This document shows positions 12,988-24,806 of a stretch of 64,000 nt of DNA, piece by piece. The position numbers and the translations under genes were made by a program. Location: positions 338,086,001 through 338,150,000 of the forward strand of contig OZ024740.1 of assembly GCA_964016885.1 (NCBI GenBank). Reading direction: 5' to 3'. The notes under the pieces are model-generated. The model saw only the letters and a list, made by a program, of their open reading frames with translations. It ran no database searches and was not told the origin of the DNA. This DNA is from Eledone cirrhosa. Lineage: Eukaryota. Position 1 is the stretch's first letter, and every line of letters begins with the position of its first letter.

Positions 12988-13055
<68 letters not shown>

Positions 13056-13065
13056 CTATCTATAG

Positions 13066-13440
13066 TTATGCATCTACTCATGCACCGTCAACACAAACAA
13101 CTCTTGTAAAACATATATCGGCTTTACTTCGAACAGCTTCAAGACGAGATACAACTCGCACCTCCACACTTTCAAAAAACACAATCTAACCAACTCCACT
13201 TCTTTATCTAGCTACGTACACTCTCTGAAAACTAGGAATAGACCATTTACACTGCAATGGGAAGTAGTAGGTAGGGCCTCATCATATAAACCACCGAATA
13301 AATTGTGTAATCTCTGTCTTCTAGAGACCCATACTATAATCTTTTCGAAAGTAGACCTCCTTAATAGAAAGTCAGAGACATTTTCCTCGTGCCAACACCG
13401 ATACCGTCACTCGTTCCATAACTTTAAACCTAGCTGTTAG
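13066..13440 (+). pseudogene. Penelope-like element C-terminal GIY-YIG endonuclease (5'-truncated)
   Basis: Open frame IYSCTV..KTYIGFTSNSFKTRYNSH..STSLSSYV..WEVVGRASSY..CNLCLLE..LLNRKSE..CQHR*. Starts just after a (TA)n tract. Confidence 0.85.
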
Positions 13441-14698
13441 TATATAACAATGTCAGATTTGAATTCCCCACCACCATTAACACTTTACATCTAGGACTTA
13501 TCAGCACCCACAGCTACACACTCCTTGATCAGCCCTTTCCTCTACACAACTCCTATGTATCTCTAGCCTTATACTCTGCAATAACTGTTAGAATTAAATA
13601 TAAAGTTACCACCTTTTGGTATAACTACTGTAGCTTAATTATATTATATACAGTAATGCATATGTAATATGTAGAGACATTTAATGTAATATGTAATAAT
13701 AAACTATATATACATTTATATAATTAAATACTTAAATTAATAACATGTATATAAGGGATCTACCTTTAACAAAGTGTATATACATTTATAATTAAATATA
13801 TAAGAGATTAATTTTTAAACAATAATGTATATTATTACACAAATGATATATCTATTTGGACATATAAACAGCTATACAAATTTCCATAACATATATCTTG
13901 TCCAGTAATGGGACCTTTAATGTATTATAATAAAATACACTGCATTTAAAATCAAGTATAAATATATAGCATTTTGTAATAGAGATTCAATTGTATCACA
14001 TTATAATGTGTATTAGAGGAAAGATTTTAAATAACTGAATTTAATTAGCTAGTTACCTCCCCTTACGCATTAGCTCCCCTTATACATTTCCGGAAATTAA
14101 CCATTCGAAATTCTACCTGTTAAACAACTATAGTCCATGAATAAGAATACAATAAGGCTAATTTACAATCCATTGCTTTAACTAACTTAAAACATTCAAT
14201 ATAAACATTAACTAAAATATAAATCAACATATGTAATGGAAGGGACTGCAAAAACTTTGTTCTTCTCAACACACACAAATTCAAACACTATCAACATACT
14301 ACGTCCACCTTAGATTTTAATACATTACATATTTGCTTAAAATACAGAATTTATTTGTCTATATATGCACATTAACTTTGCTTATTTCCTTCTCATATAC
14401 ATGACTAACGCATGTACACCTTACACACAACTGCATATGTATTGATAATGTACTCTTTCTTTCTCAAAGCTCCTTGCTCAATGCCTATTTAATTATTAGA
14501 CTATTCTCTTGTATTATCTGTTGCATGTATTCCACCCTCTGTTTTTATTTTATTTTGAATTTTTGTACAATTCTCGTAAAATATATGTCGCATCCATTCC
14601 ACCCTGTAAATACGAAACTGTTGCTCACATCATCAATATATATGTATCTATATTATTGTTCAGTTGAATAGAAGGTTAATTACATGTACAAACATTGA

Positions 14699-14752
14699 TA
14701 ATGCTCCGATGACTCCAAATGAGAGTTTGGAAGAAACGATTGTCAGCTATTA
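14699..14752 (+). ncRNA. Minimal type I hammerhead, core CCGATGA (U4C)
   Basis: TAATGCT-CCGATGA-cTCCAAAtgagagTTTGGAa-GAAAC-gatt-GTC-AGCtATTA. Confidence 0.65.
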
Positions 14753-14808
14753 AATGATTTGAACACAACTTTGATAATTGTCTAATTTATTTATTATATA
14801 TATATATA

Positions 14809-14907
<99 letters not shown>

Positions 14908-15097
14908 GTGTGTGTGTCAATATAGCTAATGTTCATATGAATTCATAAATGAAATATATTTGTAAGTAACAAAGAGGTGACGTCAATATAAGGTGTAGAG
15001 AATAATTAATTCTTTACAACAATTTTGGTTTCATCTTCGTGTAAACTTCAGCGGATAAAAGACGATAACTGAAGCTAGAGAGCAAAAGTATTCACTA

Positions 15098-16059
15098 CTA
15101 GCAGTAAAGCCCGGCGTTGCTCGGGGTCGCTCAGTAGCTGTGTTAAAGTTACAATGTTAAGTTTCTTTCTTGGCTTAAAAACTGTAGTGTCTACTGTGCA
15201 GACTTGCATGTGGTGTTTTTGATTAATATTCCCTCAACCAACAATATGCCTTATGAAGTTAAGAAAACATAACGATAACCCGAATGTTATAACAAAAGAG
15301 GATGCTGGGGATAGAAACTGCACTGGTTATTTATTAACAAAGATCGAAAATGTAAACACTGCAACGCAGAGAAAAACATTAGCGTAACCAAATTATCAGT
15401 TATGTCTGTCTGCACGCCTATATCACCTCTCTGCACGACTGTCTGTCTGCACGCCTATATCACCTCTCTGCACGACTGTCTGTCTGCACGCCTATATCAC
15501 CTCTCTGCACGACTGTCTGTCTGCACGCCTATATCACCTCTCTGCACGACTATCTGTCTGCACGCGTATATCACCTCTCTGCACGACTGTCTGTCTGCAC
15601 GACTGTCTGTCTGCACGCCTAACGACGAAATATTTGCTTGTTTTACGTAGTCTTTAAATAGACTTGTTTTCAAGTAAAAATATTGTTTTAAAATGCTTTT
15701 AAATGGAAATGAAGCAAAACGGAAGCTTAGTGTTCGAACTGATGAATTTTGCAGGTCAATATTTTGCTGGCTCGACAACTGTTCGAAACGCTGAGAAAGC
15801 CAGCGTAATTTTTTACGTAAGACGCTCAATGTAAACAGAACAAAGGGAAATAACTGATAACTTACGCTCAAAAATCGATACATTATATTCGATTTCGTCA
15901 CATAGGGTGGGTGAATTTGAAATTTTTTTTTCCGATGTCTTCGCTAGGGCTCAATGTACAAGTATAGCAATTTCGGTGCAATTCCGCGAGAGATTCTAAG
16001 AGGAGATGTGTGCCAAAAATCGATAGACAGACAGACAACCACAGTTTTATATATATAGA
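15098..16059 (-). mobile_element. Non-autonomous Helitron
   Basis: On the minus strand: A|TCTATATATATAAAACTGTGGTTGTCTG ... CCCGAGCAACGCCGGG hairpin ..CTAG|T. Inserted between A and T with no TSD. Confidence 0.88.
15403..15620 (+). repeat. ~37-bp minisatellite inside the Helitron
   Basis: TGTCTGTCTGCACGCCTATATCACCTCTCTGCACGAC, about 5-6 copies. Confidence 0.9.
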
Positions 16060-17224
16060 TTTAAACATTTCCAATAGTATTACGACTTTGCGGAGAATAG
16101 ATGTAACAAAAATACCAATGTATTTTGTTAAGGAAAAGCATTGTTAAAAGGAATGATGTGATAATGCTGGGACATTGACATAGGACTAGGAAAAGTGAAA
16201 TGCTTCCAATTGGAATTGAATGTATGATGAACGCTCGGCTTTCCATTACCCTAAATCCCTCGCTTCAATGAACAAAATACGATCTCATATATACTTTGAA
16301 TGCTGTTGTGAATAAATGAACGAATAATATTACGCAAAGTTACCATGCATATAAGAGAACTCGATCTAGTGAATCTCTACAATGGAGTAATATATGTATA
16401 TATATAGCGAATGCAATCAAACTGATTTGAACCTTTTGTTCCCAAGCTATCTAAATAGGTCACTGAGACCACACACGCTGACCTTTTGGCCTTATAGATA
16501 TTTAATTTCTTTGTTTGGTACTAATGTCACCAAATTGTCCGGATGAATAGTTTTCACGAGGCCATCATCAGATTGTCAGAAGATAACCTATCTTCATAAA
16601 TTAGTCTGTCCTCGGCTGTCAAAACAGTTCGCTCCAATTCACGAAAGACGAGGCAGTTGTCCATAGATTTACTCTGACCGATTGGGGTTTCGGCCTTTAG
16701 GCCAGTGAGTTCTATTAACAAAGGTTAGTTAAATACAAATTTTAACACATTTACTACAGAAATTCACCCCAAACAATCATACAATTCTACCGTGAATTAT
16801 CCTTGCTTTTCCTATATTGTACAATAACATCGAAGCAAGTTATTTAGTAATAAAATTACTAAAGTAGCAGATCTTGTTTATCGTTAATTCACTAGCGCAT
16901 TTCACGCATCGCTTTATATAGGACAGATCAACTTACACATTCGCCCATCAGGCTAACGTTTACTCCTGCAATTCCTGCCATACTACTGACCAATTAATTA
17001 AACAAGGCATCATCAAATTCAAACCCGTTACACCCGGTGAACACAAAGTGTACAACAATCAGTAATATAATTATTTTTACGCGCCACCCACATATTAAAT
17101 GTAAGCCCAAATCACACTTTGGGGGAAGAATACAAGCAAATTGGCTAAAGGAAGTCAATTCTCACCTATGTATTACAGATAATTACTTTATAATAATAAT
17201 AATAATATAATTTTCTATTTCAGA

Positions 17225-17385
17225 GCTCCTACAGTTTGGAAGAGAGGCTGCTTGCAAGTGTATGGACACATGATCATGTGCATTCTGGCAAGAGCATGGA
17301 GGATGTGCGACATGACTTCACTGCAAGATTCGGCAAACCAGCTCCTTCGAAGCGGACGATACTGCGATAGGAACATAATCTGTTT
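17225..17385 (+). pseudogene. Tc1/mariner-type transposase N-terminal HTH fragment (DUF4817-like)
   Basis: SYSLEERLLASVWTH..GKSMEDVRHDFTARFGKPAPSKRTILR*EHNLF. Confidence 0.6.
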
Positions 17386-17604
17386 CTCATTACCTTTTGG
17401 TAGGGAGTGACAAGACTTTCGGACCATCATACATACTTAAGGCGTCGCCAATGCATATTTAGTTGTGGTATCATAATACACCTTGGAGTTCACTGGTAGT
17501 TGGTGTGTAGTATTCTTTATTAGCCGTGAGTACTCTGATAACACAAGTAAATATGAATTGACAACACCTTGTATATAACGGTGTGGCAGAGATAATTCCG
17601 GTCA

Positions 17605-17705
17605 CACACGTCTGATGAGTTATCGATTCCATAGTCGGGCGTCATCCCTACCGATTGTACCTTGAGCTGATCGATTGCGAAACGCGAAGTCTTTCGTCAT
17701 GTGTG
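17605..17705 (+). ncRNA. Type I hammerhead ribozyme, canonical core, extended stem II
   Basis: CACACGT-CTGATGA(17612-18)-GTtATCGAT..ATCGATtGC-GAAA(17679-82)CG..C-GTC(17696-98)-ATGTGTG. 7-bp stem I and GUC site. Confidence 0.85.
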
Positions 17706-17713
17706 ATACACAT

Positions 17714-17893
17714 AATTGTTTCTACTTTTGGCACAAGGCCAGCAATTACCCAGTACATTACTGGTACTTTATTTTATCGGCCCCGTAAGGATGAAAGGCA
17801 AAGTTGACCTCGGCGGGATTTGAACTCAGAATAGAAAGGGCCGTAATTCTATGCGTCAAAGCATGACGTCTGACCCTCTACCGATACTGCCAA
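17714..17893 (-). mobile_element. tRNA-derived SINE (family A)
   Basis: Near full-length consensus match. Further partial copies lie at 17950-18050 (+), 18075-18197 (+) and 18960-19069 (-). Confidence 0.85.
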
Positions 17894-18465
17894 ATGATGT
17901 CACATTAGTACTTCTTTCCAGCTCCTTATTCTTCTTCTTATTATTATTACAGGGTCGATAAAATAAAGTACCAGTAATGCACTGGTTCGATTGAATCGAC
18001 GTTCTCCTCCCCTAAAATTGTTAGCCCTGTGCTTAAATCAAAAAGCATTATTATTAACACTCTCCTTCTTTACGATCTGAGTTCAAATCCCGCCGAGGTT
18101 AACTTTGCCTTTCATCCTTACGGGGTCGATAAAATAAAGTACCAGTAATGCACTGGGATGATTGCTGGCCTTGTGCCAAAAGTAGAAACAATTATTAACA
18201 CTCTCCTTCTTAAGGATATAGACTATAGTGAAATACCAAACATAGAATCCCAATCAGTAGCTGGGCCCAATATTACCATTGTGTGCTCAAATTGGTGAGC
18301 CATCGATAATTAAATGTTACACACCAATACACTACACACACATATCTATCTACCTATTAATATGTGAGTATATATAATAATATGGACTAGGTGTCAAATT
18401 TATATTATGTTTATTCAGGTGTGACGCACGTTTTGCGATTGATCTTGGACAGTCACGGACTGCCA

Positions 18466-18583
18466 ATGCAAACAAGAATTAAAAAATTCTTTCTTTTTGT
18501 TTATAGTATTCTTAGGATCGGTAATTGGTAATCCTAAGGATGCTATAAATAAAAAGAAAGAATTATTTAATTCTTGTTTGCAT
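18466..18583. repeat. 53-bp-arm inverted repeat with a 12-nt loop
   Basis: Arms 18466-18518 and 18531-18583 differ at only 4 positions. Confidence 0.9.
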
Positions 18584-19914
18584 CGAAAGTCCAAAACTTT
18601 TAAAAGTATATATAATCTATAGAAAATATTATATATAGCCTCTATATCTTACCCAGTTACAATTTATATGTCTTCGCTGTTTTTTGTGATGTTTTTAATG
18701 ATATTTTTAAAGGTATTTTTGATGTCTCTTAAACTTTTTTCTGATAGGCTTTATAGGTCTTTTAAATGCATACATACAAATACTTAATATCATCAAATTT
18801 ATACATAGGTATAAGTAATGTTATCAAAATATATACATAACATTTTTATCTTAGAACATATGTAATATATGATGTTCGAAAACCATATATGAAATAATTT
18901 TTCCATATACTACAATTAGAATATAATTTGAAAGTAAATTTGAGACTACGTAAACTAATAATTGTTTCTACTTTAGGCACAAGGCCAGCAATAATCCAGT
19001 GCATTACTGGTACTTTATTTTATCGACCCCGTAAGGATGAAAGGCAAAGTCAACCTCGGCGGGATTTGAAAACTAATAATAATTAGAGTTATCTTTTCCT
19101 TTGAAAAGAAAGATGTTTACATCTAATATCTACGTAACAATTAAACTTTACATAAATATTAAAATTTCGTAAAAGAATATACAAAATAATATACATCTTC
19201 TATACTAAAATAGAATTACTTCCACATTCTTAAGCCATATATTGAAAATGTAAACATACCATAACTCTTCTTATATAAAACCATCTATATCTAACCAAAA
19301 TTATTTATCTATTAAATAAATAATATGTATACTCACCAAAACTATTTATATATATACAAATAACCTCTTATAGTATAATAAAATATACTCATAACAGCAA
19401 TCTTCATAATATTAAAAGGCACCAGTAGAATAGAACCAATCGTATATATAAATACAAGATATCTTTCACATTTTAAATTAATATTCTGTCACTTTAACAC
19501 ATTTATTTATAATTCCAATAAATACTTCCAAAATATATAATTAAATAATAAATTAAATAAAAATAAAAATAATTATTTCATTCTCTCTACACCCTTACAA
19601 ATATGTTCCGGACAATTATATACGTACATTCCTATAAATATTCTGTTAGTAGCTTTAATATCATTTTTTCTTAAAATCTTTCCTTAGATTTTCTTCCACC
19701 CTAATAATCCTATTTCCTTTTTTTATATATAAAAAAAAAATAATCCTAATAATTATTTAAATTTACCTAGTGTCTAAACATAACGATGTTTTTCAGTTTT
19801 AACGTTATCCTCATTAGCATATTCATCTTGTGATTGAAATTTTTCTTCACTATTCAAATAGAACTCACAAGATTAAGTTCTTGTCTGAATATGTCACTAT
19901 CTGTAAACCATCTT

Positions 19915-22900
19915 CCCCCCCCCTTCCCCTCCCAACACAACTCCAAACACTCCAACCCCACCACACACTGACGACCCCACACCACCACAAGATACCCCTT
20001 CACCCAACACCCCCGACCCCATGGAAGTCGTGCAACCCGAACCCCGGGAAGCGGAAAGGTAGGTCTCTACACTCTCCTTTGGCTCTGCCGCCCACATGGA
20101 TGTGTTAAGAGTAGGATGTTTGAATGCACGTGGCCTGGGCTCAACTTGGAAGCAAGCAAAGCTTCTAAATGACCTCAGGTCATGTAGTATAAATGTAATG
20201 GTTATCTGTGAGACTCGAATCAGCGTCGTGCGGCAGCTGGCCCCCACCTTCGATGACTTTGAGGTGCATGCATCACTCTGTCAACCTGGAGGTGAGGGTG
20301 GGGTTGTCGTACTGCTGCAAAAACACCTGGGTCTTGCCGTACAGGTTGTGCACTCGGACCCGGAGGGTCGTTTGTTGGTGCTAGACGTTGGCAGTAGTGA
20401 AAGTGCGGCCTTGAGACTGGTCACCGTCTACTCCCCTTTCGGAGCTGAACGGCCCGGCTTCTTCCAACGTTTGGAGACTTTTCTGGGAACGTCGCGTTCC
20501 CTGCTTCTAGCGGGGGATTGGAATGACATCCTGGATGCACGTTGGGACTATGCAGGAGCATGTCCTAATAGAGGGGGGTGTAACAGCCTCAAGGGGTTAC
20601 TCGACCGTTTTAACTTGGTCGATAGATATCGACTAGATTTTCCAACTGTGCCTACCTGGACTTGGAGAAACCACAGTGGTCAATCTAGATCGTACTTAGA
20701 TAGATTCTTAGTTAGAAGTAAGGATAGGGACATATTAAGCTGTCCAGAAATGCGCACGGTTGGCTACACGGATCACAAATTAGTGACCTGCGTGGTCAAT
20801 CTCGAGAAAACACATAGACAGGGTCCCGGTTACTGGAAACTTAATTTGTCTTTACCGGCAAAAGAGACTTACAGAAACCGGATTAGCAGATTAGTTAAGG
20901 AGAGGTTGACGGGTGCAATCGTCAACAACCGATGGTGGGCATCTCTCAAAAGAGAGATTAGAACAGAATCAATAAGTTATAGCAAGATGTTAGCTGCCGA
21001 TAGGAATAGAAACGAGAAAGAATTAACAGGTAAATTAGAAGAGGCAATCAAGAGCGAAGATGTGGCCAGAATGCTGGCATCGAGGACGGCCTTGAACCAG
21101 TTTTTCGATGCAAAGCACGAAGGCTGCGTCATTCGAAGTAAAATACGTGCTCTAGGTAATGAGGGGGCCAAAGCCGTTGGATGGGCCCGCGTGACAGAAG
21201 CTAAGAGTGGAAATCGATCCACCATCCGGTCGTTGCAAGACGAAGATGGACGGGTGATCCGGGAGCCTAAGCAGATGTGCGAGGCCTTTCAAAGGCACTT
21301 TGCCCGATTGTTCGGGGGGGGGGGGGTCCGGGCGGGGGCGTGGATTTCGATCCATACCTCGACGGCCTGCCGCGTCTCTCGAACGAAGAGGCAGAGTCCT
21401 GCGAGGGACAAATCTCGGCTGATGAGATCGGAGATGCGCTGAGCCAATGCAGCAGACGCAAATCTCCAGGTCTCGATGGTATACCTTACGAACTTTATTT
21501 AGCAATGCCCGTCTTCTTCTCCGAACTCCTCGAAGCGGTCTACTGCAATTGGCAGCAGAATGGGAGAATTCCTTGTTCTGTAGCCAAGGGCGTAGTCACG
21601 CTGGTGAGGAAGGACGAGAACAAGGGGGATAGTATAAATAATTTTCGGCCCATAACCCTGCTAAACACAGAGTTAAAGATTTTGGCCAAGGTGTTAGCAA
21701 AGAGGTTGGCGCTTGTCGTGGGTGGCCTGGTGGGAGATGCGCAGACATGTGCTATCCCATCCAGGTCCATTCACGATAACCTCCACCTCATGCGATACAA
21801 CATAGAGAGGGTTGGCAACAAACCCGGCTTCGGTGGGGCCCTGATCAACTTGGATCAGTCTAAGGCCTTCGATAGGGTCGACCATGGTTACCTGGATGCG
21901 GTGCTAGCGGCGGCTGGGTTCGGTCCTGTTTTCAGAGGCTGGATAACTGCCTTACATAGCAACCACATCTGTTCTAGGATCAAGGTGAGCGGCTACCTTT
22001 CGAAGCCGTTCGAAATCACACGATCCATTCGACAGGGGTGCCCTCTCTCCTCCCTTCTGTACGTATTGACTCTCGAGCCTTTACTGAGGAAGTTGGAGTT
22101 GTTGCAGGGTATCCCCCTGGAACCAGGATTGAGCAAAGCGGTGTCGGCCTACGCCGATGACGTAACAGTAATGGTATCGACCGACTCGGAGATCGAGGTG
22201 ATCGGTACCTTACTGGAGGAGTACGACAGGTTGTCAAGAGCGAAACTGAACCGGGAAAAATCCATCGGGCTGCAACTCGGAACGTGGAGAGGCAGACCGA
22301 TGCCTCCTGACGGTGTCGTCGGACACTGGACGGAGGGCCCGGTAAAGTTGCTTGGGGTCTGGTTTGGACCGGACCTCCAGGTGGAAAAGAACTGGAACGA
22401 GGTTACGAACAAGGTGTTTGCACTAACCCAGAAATGAGCCAAGTGTAAGCTGTCCCTAAAAGGCCGGGCGGAGGTGGCGAACATTTACATAGCGTCCGTC
22501 ACTTACTACCGCCTGACTGTCGTGCCTTGCCCTAAGGAAACACTCACCACCATGGAACGCATGCTCTTCCAATTTCTTTGGAAGAAGCGCCCTCCTATGG
22601 TGAGAAGATCCATCTGCTGCCAACAACCTTCGAAAGGAGGGCTGGGGATGCCGTGGTTGATGATGCGTAGGCACGCATTAAGGCTACGGCACCTACAGGT
22701 ATTCCTCACTGGTCAACCGGTGTGGGCTCCGTTCGTGAAACGAGCCTTTCCGAGACTCGTCTCGCTCACCGAGCTACAGTCCTGGGTCAAGCAAAGATCC
22801 GGAAAACTGGGAGACTGGGACACTGAGTGTGCTCAGGCGCTCAGGGCTCTCTGGCAAGCGGGCCGGGCCATCGGTGGAGAATCCACCTCATCATTCTATA

Positions 22901-23748
22901 AAGGGCTGGTGGCTAGCAGGGGCGATGACACCCTTGGAGAGTCGCTGGACATGGAAGAAGACGAACTGGCCAGCCTGTTCGGTAGGACTTTCGGCCCAGG
23001 ACCAATGGACAACTTCCAGAAGTCACTGGCCTGGCAGTGCTACCGGGGGGCTCTACCCGTTCGAGAGAGGCTCTACAGACACGGGCGCCCGGGCAGGGAT
23101 CCTTCAAAAAAGATTTGCCCTAGATGCGTGCGTCACGAAGAAACCGTTGCGCACGCATTGGTGCAATGTCCGGGCGTGGCTGATCTGTGGGGCTACGCCG
23201 AACGACTGCTGTCGCGGGTGGCGCCGATTAAATTGACCGCCGAGTCCGTGATGACAATCAAACCGCCTCCCCTCTTCACAAAGGAAGCAAAGGCGGTTTT
23301 GCTGTGCGTAATAGCCATGTTGAAAGAGGTTGTTTGGTGGACACGATTGAAAGGTCTGAGGTCAGGCAACTTCCTCTCTGGCCATAGTCTGGTCTACTTC
23401 TTCCGATATCACTTCGGAAGAAGGATAAGAATGGAGAGAGAGGTGCTTGGCCACAGGCAGTTTTATGAAAGGTGGGTGATAGTGGCGAGAATGGCTCGTG
23501 TAAATGGGCCTTCTCTGTATACCATCCTGTAGGTAAAGAAGTAAAGGAGAGGGGAACACCTTCTCCATGTGCTCCCCGGGCAAAGGATTGCACACTTTTT
23601 CGGGGGTGTGTGCAACCCCCATCACGTCCCCTCCCTTTTGAGGTTATTTTCGATTATTTTCATGTTACACCCTTTTTACTCGATTATATGTAAACTCCCC
23701 CTTTGTATTTGTCCCTTCTTTTTATGCCTTTATGGTAAATAAAGAAAT
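19915..23748 (+). mobile_element. Tx1/L1-clade LINE, 5'-truncated just upstream of ORF2
   Basis: 18-bp TSD CTATCTGTAAACCATCTT (19897-19914 and 23749-23766); complete ORF2 domain set; 3' UTR ending AATAAAGAAAT. Confidence 0.92.
20096..23532 (+). pseudogene. Tx1/L1 ORF2 (APE endonuclease, RT, C-terminal Cys/His finger) with one frameshift and one stop
   Basis: LNARGL, ICET, GDWN, SYLDRF, TDH, GYWKLN (APE); PGLDG, FRPITLLN, KAFDRV, IRQGCPLS, YADD (RT); CPRC..ETVAHALVQC. Frameshift around the G-runs at ~21313-21340; in-frame TGA at 22435-22437 at a probable Trp. Confidence 0.93.
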
Positions 23749-23770
23749 CTATCTGTAAACCATCTTTTGT

Positions 23771-23824
23771 ATTTTATCTGATGAGCGCGTACCAAAATGT
23801 TGGTACCTTTGAAATATATATAAT
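23771..23824 (+). ncRNA. Type I hammerhead with its stem I 3' strand disrupted by a SINE
   Basis: ATTTTAT-CTGATGA(23778-84)-..GTACCAAaatgTTGGTAC..-GAAA-TATATA-TA. The flanks match the copy at 48523-48586. Confidence 0.6.
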
Positions 23825-24001
23825 TGTTTCTACTTTTGGCACAAGGCCAGCAATTAACCAGTACATTACTGGTACTTTATTTTATCGACCCCGTAAAGAT
23901 GAAAGGCAAAGTTAACCTCGGCGGGATTTGAACCCAGACCATAAAGGGCCGTAACTCTTTGCTGCAAAGCATGGCGTCCGATCCTCTACCGCTACTGCCA
24001 A
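23822..24001 (-). mobile_element. tRNA-derived SINE (family A)
   Basis: Consensus match. Confidence 0.85.
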
Positions 24002-24030
24002 TATGGTTTTATAAAGATAGCTTCCATTTA

Positions 24031-24084
<54 letters not shown>

Positions 24085-24109
24085 CGTGCGTGCGTGTGTG
24101 TGTGTGTGT

Positions 24110-24754
24110 CGGTTAAAGATACAAAGTAAAACTAGGATACTCCTGCGCTAAGAACATGAAGGCCCACATCACCAGCAGCCCTAGGAGCAACACCCCACCA
24201 GGGCGCTCTTGCCGTAAGCCCGAAGGTTGCCCCCTTCAATAGCAATGCAACACACCAGCTGTGGTCACTTCCAACTGACCAAACCAACCACAGGAGGTCA
24301 AATCCTATGTGGGCATGGCGGTCCCTCAAAGGCTCAAGTATAGACTTCTCCATTCAATGGAAAGCCATCACTTAGTCCAAGCCATACACAAGGGGAAATC
24401 CGTCGTGTGGACTGTGTATTGACGAACGAATAAATATTCTAAAGAGATTATGCAATAGTGATTGCCTAAACACGAGAAATGAATTTTTCACACGTTGTCC
24501 ACACGTCTCGAAACACCTATTGCATAACTACAAAGCTCCGATTGAATGGATTATTGTAAGAACATCAATATTTTTTCTTATCAACTAAAAACTTTTCGGA
24601 CTTTCGCAGTTATCTCCCTTACACCTCTCGCACGCATTTTAGTATTGCCTTCGTGAAGTGACGGGTTTCTGCGCATGCGCGTTCGTACGAGCTGAGGATC
24701 CGCTAAGGTGAAACAATTGTTCTCGGTATGGTGAACTAACTGTTGTGTAACCAC

Positions 24755-24757
<3 letters not shown>
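24110..24757 (+). mobile_element. 5'-truncated, internally deleted Penelope-like element (EN plus HHR), ending in (TA)n
   Basis: KLGYSCAKNMK, CRKPEGCP, KSYVGM, FSIQWKAI, KPY..CGLCIDER..LNTRNE..CPH; HHR at 24681-24736. Confidence 0.8.
24681..24736 (+). ncRNA. Minimal type I hammerhead
   Basis: GTTCgTACGAG-CTGAGGA(24692-98)-tCCgctaaGGt-GAAAC-aatt-GTT-CTCgGTAtggtGAAC. Palindromic stem III AACAATTGTT. Confidence 0.75.
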
Positions 24758-24801
<44 letters not shown>

Positions 24802-24806
24802 ATATA

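Larger units (their letters stand above)
13052..14795 (+). mobile_element. 5'-truncated Penelope-like element: EN, long AT-rich 3' UTR, HHR, embedded in TA microsatellites
   Basis: GIY-YIG at the 5' end, HHR fold at 14699-14752, and (TA)n/(TG)n on both sides. Confidence 0.7.

Noticed and set aside
15403-15620. 37-bp repeats resembling a CRISPR array
   Set aside because: The repeats are head-to-tail with no unique spacers, lie inside a Helitron in eukaryotic DNA, and no cas genes are present.
15735-15812. CTGATGA...GAAACGCTG..CAGCGTA hammerhead-like match in the Helitron
   Set aside because: Stem III is good, but stem I and the base of stem II do not pair next to the core, and a competing GCTGGCT/AGCCAGC helix exists.
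16540-16575. Minus-strand CTGATGA..GAAA..TTC motif
   Set aside because: Stem II is unpaired and stem I is only 2 bp; at best a decayed relic.
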